A stretch of DNA of 64,000 bases from Paludibacteraceae bacterium (GTDB lineage Bacteria > Bacteroidota > Bacteroidia > Bacteroidales > Paludibacteraceae), in the NCBI GenBank assembly GCA_017962005.1, contig JAGCWE010000131.1, positions 10,068 through 74,067 of the forward strand, read 5' to 3'. Positions 1 to 9,203 of this stretch are shown here, in pieces. A model generated the notes under the pieces. The model was given only the letters and a program-made list of their open reading frames with translations, did not search any database and had not been told where the DNA came from. Each line of letters begins with the position of its first letter. Positions within the stretch are counted from its first letter, which is position 1. The translations under genes were made by a program, and so were the position numbers.

Positions 1-1
1 G

Positions 2-988
2 TCAATCGGTTACTCGTCCGTATATATCAACGGCGGTAAGATGACCAACCAGGGTGTTGAGTTCCAGGCTAATGTGCACGCTTTGGATATGCGTAACATC
101 AAGTTGGACATCCGTCTCAACGGCGGTCACTACCACAATAACATTGAGGAGTTGCCCAAGAGCATTGACAGCGAGACGGAGATGACCACCAACGGCGGAC
201 TCTTCGTGGGACACTCGATGCTTGACTGGAAACTGCCCACCTACGTAGGTGTGAATCCTGCCAACGGTAAAGCGATGTACGTAGGTTACTACGACAGGGA
301 CAAAGGTAGTTTCGGTGACACGAAAGAAGCCTCACAAATCACGGATGAGGATCTTGAAAAGTCCAAAACCGGCATGGTTGACAACTACATCTCCGATGTG
401 TACAAATATCGTCTCGAGCATCCGAATGCAGATATTGACACTGTTCATACGGATGATGCCCGTCTTATTGGTTCGGACTTCATCGGCAAAACGGCTGAAC
501 CCGCATTGGATGGTGGTTTCGGTATCGACTTTGAGGCATACGGCTTCACGCTGAACGTGATGTGCAGCTATCGTCTCGGCGGTTGGGGATACGACAATAC
601 GTACGCCATGTTGATGGCCAACGAGAAAGTGGGTAACTACAACTGGCACATTGACATGCGCAACGCATGGACACCCGAAAACACGGATACCGACATCCCG
701 CGTCTGAACAACGGTACGGATACCTACACCAACACCGGTTCCACGCGTTTCCTCACATCCAACTCCTACCTCAGTCTCAACAACATCCGTCTTGGTTACA
801 AGTTCCAAAAGAAACTGGTTGAGAAGATCAAACTTAGCCGTCTGGAGCTCTATCTGCAGGCTGACAACCTCGCTATCGCTTCGGCTCGTCGCGGTTACAA
901 CCCGACCTCCAGTCTTGACGGTTCATCCTCCGCTTACCGTTACACTCCTCTTTCCACCATTATCGGAGGCGTGAAGATACAATTCTAA
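2..988 (+). CDS. SusC/RagA-family TonB-dependent outer-membrane receptor, C-terminal part (5' end outside window)
   Basis: The frame is open from nt 2. The sequence is G/Y/N/D-rich beta-barrel type and ends in a terminal aromatic (...IGGVKIQF). A SusD-like lipoprotein gene follows directly, the canonical PUL pair. Confidence 0.85.
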   Translation, partial: SIGYSSVYINGGKMTNQGVEFQANVHALDMRNIKLDIRLNGGHYHNNIEELPKSIDSETEMTTNGGLFVGHSMLDWKLPTYVGVNPANGKAMYVGYYDRDKGSFGDTKEASQITDEDLEKSKTGMVDNYISDVYKYRLEHPNADIDTVHTDDARLIGSDFIGKTAEPALDGGFGIDFEAYGFTLNVMCSYRLGGWGYDNTYAMLMANEKVGNYNWHIDMRNAWTPENTDTDIPRLNNGTDTYTNTGSTRFLTSNSYLSLNNIRLGYKFQKKLVEKIKLSRLELYLQADNLAIASARRGYNPTSSLDGSSSAYRYTPLSTIIGGVKIQF

Positions 989-1026
989 CTTAAGGTATGA
1001 GATAAAGCAAACGGACTAATTCAGAT

Positions 1027-2703
1027 ATGAAAGGAAAACAAGATATGAAAAAGCACATTATTCTGACCTTGACAGCCGCAGCATTCGTACTTACCGCCTG
1101 CGAGAAGGATTTTCTGGAGCGTTATCCCGAGGGAGGCACCATCCGTCAGGACCAGTACGAGAAACTGGACAACCAGCTTGAAGGCTCGGTACGCGGTATG
1201 TACGCCCGTCTCTACACAATGGGCGGAAGCAGCCACGATGAGTTCGGCAAGCGCAGTATCGACCTCTGGACCGACATACTCGCATCCGATATAGCCCTCA
1301 CCGGCAAGACATACGGATGGCTCTATACCGACGAGCAGATGCTCACCACCAACCGTACGGGTACCATCTGGGGCTTCTATTTCAGCCAGATTCACAATAT
1401 CAACGCCACCATCAAGGCGTTCAAGAACGGCAACACGTTCCTCAGTACCCTCGAGGAGAACGGCTGGCCTTCCGAACTGGCGGCATCCGGAATGAAAAAG
1501 GCGCAGATGGACAGCATCTACAACAAGACCGCATACACCAACGCGCTGTACTATGCGCAGGTTCTCGGTCTGCGCGGATACATGTACTCCCAACTCGCCA
1601 AGTTCTACACACCCGTGCAGGAGAGCGACAAGTTCCTCGCCGACTCCATCGGCAATTTTGACTGCGTACCTCTCTATAATGAGGACAATATGGACGCTTT
1701 CCAGCCGCTTTCCACCAGTGCCGCTGTGTATAATCAGGCTTTCTCCGACCTTGAGATGTCCATCAAGCTGTTTGAGGAGTTCGGCGCCAACTACGTCCGT
1801 GACAGCAAGCTCGAGCTTGACCGTGAGGTTGTTTGCGGTATTCTCGCTATGGCGTACCTCAACGAGTGCGTCTATCGGGCCGGCACACCGCTTTATACCG
1901 TCCACGTGCAGAAAGCGCTGGACAACGCCGAGAAGGTGATTAACAGCAACAAGTACCAGACCCTCAAGGAGAGCGAGTTGCTCACCACCGGTTTCAACAG
2001 CGTGACCGACCCCGGATGGATTTGGGCGCAGGAAGTGACTGTAGAGACCAGCGGCGGACTCAAGAGCTGGTTCGGACAGGTGGATATCCACTCCTACAGT
2101 TATGCATGGGCAGGCGACACGAAGGTCATTGACGCCACGCTGCGTGACATGATTCCCGCTTGGGACAAGCGCCGCCTCTGGTTCAACGACGGCAAGGCCA
2201 ACAGCATCTACAAGGATTGCCCCGACGGCAAGTTCTTCTCCGCGATGAACCCTTATTCCACCGATGCCGATGACATTGACCGTGACTGGCTCAGCGACAA
2301 CGTCTTTATGCGTATCGAGTCGATGTACCTCATCGCCGCCGAGGCCAACTGGCGACTGGGCGATTTCACGCAAGCCGCTTCCTACCTGACCACCATCACC
2401 GACCAGCGTGTTGACACGACCGCTTTCCTGTGGGAGGACGAGTATAATAGTTTCAAGACGGGTTTGTCGGCCAGCAACTCGCTCAAGGATGCCATCATCT
2501 ACAACTGGCGCATTGAGATGTGGGGTGAGGGCTACGGTCTGGACACGTTCCGCCGCTTCGGAGAGCAGCGCAAGCGCGGTGGCAACCACGATTACGCCAA
2601 GGGTGTGGCCATCATTCCCTCTGACTCGAAATTTAATTTCAGCATTCCCTCGTCGGAGAATACCTATAATCCTTATCTGAGAGATAAGACTACCCAAAAT
2701 TAA
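1027..2703 (+). CDS. SusD/RagB-family nutrient-binding outer-membrane lipoprotein
   Basis: Lipoprotein signal (MKKHIILTLTAAAFVLTAC; alternative ATG at 1045). It is ~550 aa and W/Y-rich like SusD proteins, and lies 39 nt downstream of the SusC-like gene. Confidence 0.88.
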   Translation: MKGKQDMKKHIILTLTAAAFVLTACEKDFLERYPEGGTIRQDQYEKLDNQLEGSVRGMYARLYTMGGSSHDEFGKRSIDLWTDILASDIALTGKTYGWLYTDEQMLTTNRTGTIWGFYFSQIHNINATIKAFKNGNTFLSTLEENGWPSELAASGMKKAQMDSIYNKTAYTNALYYAQVLGLRGYMYSQLAKFYTPVQESDKFLADSIGNFDCVPLYNEDNMDAFQPLSTSAAVYNQAFSDLEMSIKLFEEFGANYVRDSKLELDREVVCGILAMAYLNECVYRAGTPLYTVHVQKALDNAEKVINSNKYQTLKESELLTTGFNSVTDPGWIWAQEVTVETSGGLKSWFGQVDIHSYSYAWAGDTKVIDATLRDMIPAWDKRRLWFNDGKANSIYKDCPDGKFFSAMNPYSTDADDIDRDWLSDNVFMRIESMYLIAAEANWRLGDFTQAASYLTTITDQRVDTTAFLWEDEYNSFKTGLSASNSLKDAIIYNWRIEMWGEGYGLDTFRRFGEQRKRGGNHDYAKGVAIIPSDSKFNFSIPSSENTYNPYLRDKTTQN

Positions 2704-2732
2704 CCTTAACCATAACCAAAAAACTCAACACT

Positions 2733-3977
2733 ATGAAAAAGTTCCTTTTCGGAGCATTAGCGCTCCTCGTTGCGGGTTCTGTACTCACAGGCTGCAAGGA
2801 TGACCCCAACAAGGGTAAGACTAACCCTGAACAACTGACCCTGAGCAAGACAAGTGTCAGGATGGCTGTAACGGTTTATGACAGCGAACAAGGTGCGGAA
2901 GTGCCCAACACCGACCGTTTCACCATCACTCCCAAGGAAGGCACCTATGAAATCACCGCTTCGGTGGAAGGTGTCGTAACGTGGAAGATTGCGAAGAGCG
3001 TGGTAACACTCACCGCTGTAAGCACGGGTAAGACCACTCTGACCATCACCGAGAAAACGAGCAAAGCCACTGCTACCTACGAGGTGGAAATCGTGTCGCT
3101 GCTTGAGAGCCTTTCGTTCACCCAGGCGAGCGTTTCCTATTTCAACGGTGATGAATATCTTGCCACACTGGATACAGTGGACAGCGTATTCACATGGACC
3201 AACGATCAGGGTGAGAAAATTCCTCTCCGCGCATTCCTTGTAGATGTAAATGTGAATCTCTTCTCGGACGGCTTCTTCATCAGCGATGAAGGCGACTATG
3301 CCGGTTCGTCGGTAGGTTATGTCGCTTCGTTCCCCGGCAAGGCTTGGTATGCTCCCGAAGGAATGAACTCCGACCGTGGTTGGGACTATTCGGCTTCTCT
3401 CACCCCTGGTGTTTGGAGCACGCAGAGCAAGGCTAAATCCAAAGTTCTCACCGCCGGTACTGTTTCCAATGAGGAGGAGGCGTTTGAGCATGTCAAAGTC
3501 GCTATCGACAACTTCAACATGTATATCGCTTCGGATTATGAAGATGAAGCCGCTCTCGAGATTTTCCAGAACGAGATGACGATGGCTGACACGATGGCTT
3601 TCCATGGCGCACAGCTTATCCGCATGATGTACATGCCCACCTATGGTGGTTACGGCTACGACTTCATGCCCGCTGCTATTATCCCCGCAGGTGCCATGCA
3701 GCTCGCTTACAACGACAAGTCGATGTACATGTACACTGTTCCCGCAGCAGAGATGCATTTCCAGCCTCTCTATGGCGACAACGGTTGGGGTGTAAAGGTT
3801 GAGATGAACGAAATCACCAACGAGTACACGCTCATCAGCACCGGCTTCGAGTTTGGCGACATGATCAAGTACAAACACACCGCCACCGATGACGAGGAAG
3901 CTGCTCCCGCACGCAAGGCGATGCAGTTCGACCGTCACGTCCTCACCACCATGCCCAAGAACGTCATCAGACGCTAA
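2733..3977 (+). CDS. PUL-associated surface lipoprotein of unknown function
   Basis: Lipobox (LLVAGSVLTGC) followed by a beta-rich sequence. It occupies the third position of the PUL, where SusE/F-like proteins normally sit. I recognise no specific family. Confidence 0.55.
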   Translation: MKKFLFGALALLVAGSVLTGCKDDPNKGKTNPEQLTLSKTSVRMAVTVYDSEQGAEVPNTDRFTITPKEGTYEITASVEGVVTWKIAKSVVTLTAVSTGKTTLTITEKTSKATATYEVEIVSLLESLSFTQASVSYFNGDEYLATLDTVDSVFTWTNDQGEKIPLRAFLVDVNVNLFSDGFFISDEGDYAGSSVGYVASFPGKAWYAPEGMNSDRGWDYSASLTPGVWSTQSKAKSKVLTAGTVSNEEEAFEHVKVAIDNFNMYIASDYEDEAALEIFQNEMTMADTMAFHGAQLIRMMYMPTYGGYGYDFMPAAIIPAGAMQLAYNDKSMYMYTVPAAEMHFQPLYGDNGWGVKVEMNEITNEYTLISTGFEFGDMIKYKHTATDDEEAAPARKAMQFDRHVLTTMPKNVIRR

Positions 3978-4023
3978 TCGCATAAAAATACGCTGACCGG
4001 CACATCCGGTCAGCAGAAAGGAA

Positions 4024-4059
4024 ACCGGCTGCCAGACATCTGGCAGCCGGTCTCTTTTG
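4024..4059 (+). terminator. Rho-independent terminator of the PUL operon
   Basis: 13-bp perfect stem ACCGGCTGCCAGA/TCTGGCAGCCGGT followed by CTCTTTTG. A second 9-bp hairpin lies at 3992-4014. Confidence 0.65.
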
Positions 4060-4111
4060 CGCTGATTCGTCTTCTATGCCCGCGGGTATTGAAGAACTGC
4101 GTAAACTTGTA

Positions 4112-5650
4112 TTATCTCCTTGTCCTTGAGGTGTTGTCGCTTGAGGATTTGGCATCGCGTACACCGGTGTTCTCGTTCGCGCGGCTGCGCGTTGTGCTTT
4201 TCGTTGAGGTGGCTGCCGGTGTAGCTGTTGTGGTCTTGGCGGCACGGTTCGTTGTAGCCGGATTGGTTGTGCCCTGATTGGTCTCGGCACGGTTGCTTAT
4301 GGCGCTGCTGCGCTCCGAGACCTTGCTGCGCGTGGATGTCTGTCCGGTGGTACGGTTGGTTTTCGTGGTCGTGGTGACTTTGCGGGTGGATGTGGATGTC
4401 GGGTCGGTGGTTGTGGTGGTAGTCGTTATTTTCGTCTGTGTCGGCGATGCCTGGACACGTGTCTGGGTCGTTACCTGCTTGTCGCCGTCCACCATCCGTG
4501 TCGTTGAATTGGAGCGTGTTGTGTTGCCCGATTTGCGCGATGTGGTTGTTGTGGTGCTGTTAGCGGTCCGGCTCGTTGTGGTCACTTTCCCGTTTGCGGC
4601 GGCGTTTGCTTTTGTGCCCGTTGTGGTTGCGCTTGTATTCGTGCTTGTGCTCGTCCGTGTGGCGGAACGTGAGGCGGACGATGACTGGGTGCTGTTGTCT
4701 TGGGTGCTGCCGGTTGAGCTGGCTCTCGTGCCGGATGTCGAGGAGGATGTCTTTGTGCGCGTGGAGATGGTGCGGGTGGAGCTGATGTCGCGGGTGCCTG
4801 TCAGCTGGCGCGCATTGGTCGCGCGGGTGCCGTTATACGTTGTCGTCAGGCGGGAGGCAAACGACTGGTCAGGGTACTGGCGTCCGTAGTCATTCCGGTG
4901 GTAGGATTGATATACCGTGGGATAATTGTTGTAGTGATACGTCTCGGCGTAGCCGAAATCGGAGCAGTAGTAGTGGTTGGTGATGTATATGTCTATGTGC
5001 GAATAGTAGGTCTGTTGGGGTTTCGGTGCGTGGTGTTGGTGGCGGGGCGGGTAGTGGTTCCAGTGATAGGGCGATGTCCATACCTTGTAGTTCGCACCCC
5101 ATTGCGAATAGACAGCCGGACGGCTCACAAAGACAGGCTCGATGATATAGTTCGCGCCGTAGATGTACGGATTGCCGACAATCTGGGTGTAGTAACTGTT
5201 CTCAACCACGATAGTGGCGACATCCTGACAGGCGTTCAGCGCATACACGTCCTGTACGATGATCAGGTGTGTGCCGTTGTATATCTGCTCTACCACCCGC
5301 AGGTAGTCCACATATCCGTCGCGGTTCAGGTCCAGATTGCTTATCTGGCGGGTATAGTCGTTGAGGAACCATTCGAACTCTTCCAGTGTGCGTGCCTCTG
5401 CAAAGGCGATGGCTACTGCCTGCAGGTCGAGGTCGTAACTCAAGTCGGAGGTGGCATTGACATAGACGGTTTTCGCAGGTGTCGTCACTGTTTTGGTTGT
5501 AACGACCGTGGTGGCAGGCTGCTTGACAACTACAGTAGCGGGTTGTTTGACCACTACGGTGGTGGGTTGTTTGGTGACCACCGGAGTGGATACAATGCAC
5601 GATGTCAGGCCGAGCGCTGCGGCTATGACACAATAGATATTCCTTTTCAT
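4112..5650 (-). CDS. Lipoprotein with Tyr/His-rich core and ~240-aa Ser/Thr/Arg-rich low-complexity C-terminal tail
   Basis: I chose the internal start MKRNIYCVIAAALGLTSC (ATG at 5650). It has a lipobox and lies 28 nt downstream of a TAnnTTTG box. Other features are the triplicated TVVVKQPA motif, a DLNRDGYVDYL Ca-binding-like motif, and a tail dominated by T/S/R. Confidence 0.6.
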   Translation of the reverse strand: MKRNIYCVIAAALGLTSCIVSTPVVTKQPTTVVVKQPATVVVKQPATTVVTTKTVTTPAKTVYVNATSDLSYDLDLQAVAIAFAEARTLEEFEWFLNDYTRQISNLDLNRDGYVDYLRVVEQIYNGTHLIIVQDVYALNACQDVATIVVENSYYTQIVGNPYIYGANYIIEPVFVSRPAVYSQWGANYKVWTSPYHWNHYPPRHQHHAPKPQQTYYSHIDIYITNHYYCSDFGYAETYHYNNYPTVYQSYHRNDYGRQYPDQSFASRLTTTYNGTRATNARQLTGTRDISSTRTISTRTKTSSSTSGTRASSTGSTQDNSTQSSSASRSATRTSTSTNTSATTTGTKANAAANGKVTTTSRTANSTTTTTSRKSGNTTRSNSTTRMVDGDKQVTTQTRVQASPTQTKITTTTTTTDPTSTSTRKVTTTTKTNRTTGQTSTRSKVSERSSAISNRAETNQGTTNPATTNRAAKTTTATPAATSTKSTTRSRANENTGVRDAKSSSDNTSRTRR

Positions 5651-5677
5651 GTTCGGTTGGGTTTGGTTAAACAACGG

Positions 5678-5685
5678 CAAAAATA
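5678..5685 (-). promoter_or_regulatory. Bacteroides-type -7 promoter box (TATTTTTG on minus strand)
   Basis: The plus strand reads CAAAAATA, i.e. TAnnTTTG on the minus strand, 28 nt upstream of the ATG at 5650. Confidence 0.5.
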
Positions 5686-5800
5686 CAACTCCTTTTTGAT
5701 ATGCCGATACATTTGCACGCTTTTTATTTTCTCTCTGTTTTCTCAAGCCGTTTTGAAGTGAGCGGTTATTCTGATATTTTTGGCCATGCGGAATATAACC

Positions 5801-5838
5801 AATCAGAGTGAGCGGCCTGTGTGCCGCCCACTCTGATT
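5801..5838 (-). terminator. Long hairpin downstream of the 889-aa adhesin gene
   Basis: 16-bp stem AATCAGAGTGAGCGGC / GCCGCCCACTCTGATT with one mismatch. The U-tract is weak, so terminator function is uncertain. Confidence 0.4.
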
Positions 5839-5886
5839 CAGCTATTTGCTTTCGTCTCGTTCGCGTATGTGCGATGAGGTCTGTGC

Positions 5887-8556
5887 TTATTCGGCACGCT
5901 GACCCTGTGCGTCGTAGCGTACGCCGTTGCGCTCGATATAGAGGATGCCGTTCTCAATACGTTTTTCGGTAACGTCAACCACTTCGCCGTCTTCGGTCAG
6001 TTCTTTAGTAGTCTCCACGCCGTCAAGACTGATAACAACACGGCGGGGTGCGCCCAGATTAACTATGCGGTGGAAGTACGAACGGAAAGCACGGAATGTG
6101 GTACCGCCTTCAGTCTTGACATAACGCAGGTTGTTGCCTGTTGCAAGATAGAAATCGGGTTTCTGGGCATCGTTAATCAGTGTAGTCTGCCACGGCAAAC
6201 TGATAAACTGTACTTGATTGGACTCGGCAGTTACGGTCTGTTGCGCAGGTGCTTCGTCTATCGTTACATGGTCGAACTCAAGGTCGCTCAGAGTGGTCAT
6301 CGTGGGAACAATGAGGTAAGGCACGTTGGCTTTCATCTCGTAGGTGCGGCGGAAGTCAAGACTGATATATGCAGCCGTATTGGTGCCCGACATAGTTGCA
6401 TCTTGAAGTTCATACACAGCACCACGGAACGGGTGACCTGCAGGAATGTCGAAGTCGAACGGAGCGCAGAATGTCATCCAGCTGCCTTCAGTGAGCTGTC
6501 TGCCTTGCATAATAACGGTCAGCACTTCGCCGTCGTGTCCGCTATAGAGAGAGGTGTAGTAAGCCTGGTTGTGGTTGTCCTCAAGCGTGATAGTGGTATT
6601 ATTAGCGAACGTAGGAGTATAGGTCAAATCACTGCCAAGTGTACGGATATCAATAACGGCTTCTTCTTCGTTGTCTTCTACCCAACCGTTGAAGTGGTAG
6701 TAAGCGTTCGGAACAGCCTGAATGGTAACGCTCTTGCCTGCACCGAATGTAAATACTCCACCTGTGGAGCTTACTGTTTGCGTATTGCCTTGTGAGGTAA
6801 TAACAACCTGTCCGTTGGCATTGGCGGCGAAATTGCCGATGGTGATATTGTAAGTAACAGGACCAGCCTCTATAATCTGTTCGTCGAAGCTGGCAGTGAA
6901 TACCATATTGCCGCTGACGGTCATTGCATCAACTTGGGCATTCGAATAGGTGTTCCCCGTACCTTCAAGAAGCCATCCGATGAAGGAATATGTGTGTGTC
7001 TCATCACCAATGCGCTGAGGGTCAATGGCTGGGCGGTTGGTAATTAAATCGCCACTGTGATAGTCACTCTTGACAGCAGGATTCTGATCCTCCGCCGATG
7101 TGCGGAAGGTTACAGAGTAGGTAGGAATCGCGGTGTAATTGGCGGTGTAAGTCTTATCGGTAGTTACAGTGAACTCCTGTGTGGCATTTGTACTAAGAAC
7201 ACTATTGCCGTCTTTCCAGTTCGTAAATTCATAACCATTGACATCATCATCGGCAGTTATCTTAACTTTCTCACCATCATTGCAACGATAAGTATGTGTA
7301 GCAACCACACTGCTACCCACTTTGACTTGGATAGTCAGCACCTTGGCAGCAACACCAGCGCGAACAGGACGGATAGGCATACCGTGATGTGCATAGCCGT
7401 CTCCAGAATGACCTGTACCAGCAGCATCTGTAACCCTAGCTTCGTAACCATTATAACCTAAAAGATAATATGGCATTTTAGTTGCTCCTGAACCCGATTC
7501 GTAGGTAGATGACCAATAATAGCAACAACTTGAACTATTCCATTGTTCCCCACGACCTATACCACAAGCAAGTAATGTAATGGATTGTCCTGCATTGCTA
7601 ACAGTAAATTTATTTGAACTCCATACCCAAGTACAATTGTCTAATAGTTCTTGCCATTCCGCTTGAGTGGGGGTATGGTCGGAAGCATTGGTCGATGTGG
7701 CAACATCATAAGTGCTGTTACCTGTATAAGTGGCTGTTAATGCTGTCGCATCATAATTGGCGTATGTGAACTGATTGTATGAGGAGTTACTTCTTGCGGT
7801 TTTACTTCCCCAAGCATACAGATTGCCCAGAGCATATTCAGAATCAGCACCGAGATTCTTTGTGGACCATAATGTTCCGCTCGGCAGACCCAAATCAACA
7901 TATCCGTCAGGAACTACGGCTGAAGTCCAATTGGTATTGCTGTTGTTGTCCGTGGGACTTACAGTACTTGTCTTGTAAGCAGCAAATACTGCATAATAAG
8001 TAGCATCACTTGCAGAAACCGTATAAGAAGCATTGTTACTTACTATAGTATTTCCATTCTGTGTTGTACTCCAACCTTTGAAATAATAGTTAGCATTTGC
8101 AGAAGCAGTAATGGTGACACTTGTTCCAGAAGCAACTGTGGTGCCACCACTTACAGTACCCATACCGGTGCAACCATCTGCCAAAGCTACGGCAACGGTG
8201 ACATCAGAAACATCAAGTTCAAAGACTGCAGTGATAGTGGGAGCTGAATATTTTGCATACGTATCCCCCATGCTTATACTATTTCCAGAAATAGTAGGAG
8301 AAAGTGTTCCATACGTCCATTGCTTAAACTTATAACTAGAGTTTGTTATAGTATAAGATAAATTAAATGCAACATAAGTTGTGTAAGTTTTCGTAACACT
8401 GGTAGAGGTGCTTATTGAAACAGCACTTCCTTTATCAGGCGTATATGTACCTGATACCGTTGCTACGTTTTCAGGACTTACTCTCACAATAAAATTTACT
8501 GCCCACATCTGCGAGGAGATGAGAGCTACAAGAATTAAAGAAAATAGTTTTTTCAT
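5887..8556 (-). CDS. Large secreted repeat protein (left-arm adhesin); InlB-B-repeat-like 'Y-x-F-x-G-W' modules plus a FISUMP/DUF1566-like segment
   Basis: Signal peptide MKKLFSLILVALISSQMWA. Recurrent modules end in YxFxGW/NW (YYFKGW, YEFTNW, YSFIGW, YHFNGW). There is a segment VDLGLPSGTLWSTKNLGA...YAWG. It is a paralog of 11857-14382. Confidence 0.6.
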   Translation of the reverse strand: MKKLFSLILVALISSQMWAVNFIVRVSPENVATVSGTYTPDKGSAVSISTSTSVTKTYTTYVAFNLSYTITNSSYKFKQWTYGTLSPTISGNSISMGDTYAKYSAPTITAVFELDVSDVTVAVALADGCTGMGTVSGGTTVASGTSVTITASANANYYFKGWSTTQNGNTIVSNNASYTVSASDATYYAVFAAYKTSTVSPTDNNSNTNWTSAVVPDGYVDLGLPSGTLWSTKNLGADSEYALGNLYAWGSKTARSNSSYNQFTYANYDATALTATYTGNSTYDVATSTNASDHTPTQAEWQELLDNCTWVWSSNKFTVSNAGQSITLLACGIGRGEQWNSSSCCYYWSSTYESGSGATKMPYYLLGYNGYEARVTDAAGTGHSGDGYAHHGMPIRPVRAGVAAKVLTIQVKVGSSVVATHTYRCNDGEKVKITADDDVNGYEFTNWKDGNSVLSTNATQEFTVTTDKTYTANYTAIPTYSVTFRTSAEDQNPAVKSDYHSGDLITNRPAIDPQRIGDETHTYSFIGWLLEGTGNTYSNAQVDAMTVSGNMVFTASFDEQIIEAGPVTYNITIGNFAANANGQVVITSQGNTQTVSSTGGVFTFGAGKSVTIQAVPNAYYHFNGWVEDNEEEAVIDIRTLGSDLTYTPTFANNTTITLEDNHNQAYYTSLYSGHDGEVLTVIMQGRQLTEGSWMTFCAPFDFDIPAGHPFRGAVYELQDATMSGTNTAAYISLDFRRTYEMKANVPYLIVPTMTTLSDLEFDHVTIDEAPAQQTVTAESNQVQFISLPWQTTLINDAQKPDFYLATGNNLRYVKTEGGTTFRAFRSYFHRIVNLGAPRRVVISLDGVETTKELTEDGEVVDVTEKRIENGILYIERNGVRYDAQGQRAE

Positions 8557-8652
8557 AATTGTTGAGTTTTAGTTAAACAATAAGTTTATTTGGTTTGTTG
8601 TTTTGTTATTCTTTTCACACGTTTGCTGACACTTGTCTGTCAGCAACTATTG

Positions 8653-8696
8653 CACACAAAAAGCGGCAATATCGCTTCCTATTGATATTACCGCTT
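8653..8696 (-). terminator. Rho-independent terminator after the nucleotidyltransferase gene
   Basis: 13-bp stem (one mismatch) AAGCGGCAATATC/GATATTACCGCTT, followed on the minus strand by TTTTGTGTG. Confidence 0.55.
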
Positions 8697-8716
8697 TCTT
8701 CGTTATGACATTTTCT

Positions 8717-9013
8717 TTATATTGCCAATCCTGTTCGCATCACATCGTCATATAAAGGCGAATGAGAACCGGCTTCTAAAATGACAGGCTCTATCATTGA
8801 GTTGACCTGACGAGCATATTTCCATAAAGGAGGAACTACCGTGAACCAATTGCCACTGATTTTCGGTACAACAACTGCAACATCTATATCACTGTCCTTG
8901 TGAGCAGTTCCTTTGCTGTAAGAACCATACAGATACACCCTCGCATCCGTATAGTGCTGCAGGATAGCTGCCTTGTACGCCTTGACTATATCTATAACTT
9001 GCTCTTTATCCAT
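8717..9013 (-). CDS. Minimal nucleotidyltransferase (MNT-type, antitoxin-like) domain protein
   Basis: Pol-beta-fold NTase signature YLYGSYSKGTAHKDSDIDVAVVV in a 98-aa protein. Confidence 0.8.
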   Translation of the reverse strand: MDKEQVIDIVKAYKAAILQHYTDARVYLYGSYSKGTAHKDSDIDVAVVVPKISGNWFTVVPPLWKYARQVNSMIEPVILEAGSHSPLYDDVMRTGLAI

Positions 9014-9048
9014 TCTCTCATCTGAAAGAGCTTTTCGGTTTGCGTCTG

Positions 9049-9056
9049 CAAAAGTA
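9049..9056 (-). promoter_or_regulatory. -7 promoter box TACTTTTG (minus strand) for the MNT gene
   Basis: The plus strand reads CAAAAGTA, 36 nt upstream of the ATG at 9013. Confidence 0.55.
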
Positions 9057-9203
9057 CTGCCTTTTCACTAAACTGACAAATATTCAACGAAAAAACAGTA
9101 ATTTGTAGAGTATTCAATTACCCTTTGCGGTAATACCAATACGTCAAAGAGCATTTTTTGATAGCACTCGCTTGTGCTATCACGCAACATTACGCTGCGG
9201 GTC

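Noticed and set aside
1021-2697. A 558-aa ORF on the minus strand exactly mirroring the SusD-like gene.
   Set aside because: It is an antisense shadow ORF. It has no signal peptide or recognisable domain, an Arg/Gly/Val-rich composition typical of reverse-strand translation, and the plus-strand product is a clear SusD homolog.
4278-5761. Plus-strand ORFs (203 aa and 287 aa) opposite the Ser/Thr-rich lipoprotein gene.
   Set aside because: They are Val/Arg-rich translations of the complement of a low-complexity gene. The minus-strand gene has a lipobox and a correctly spaced promoter box.
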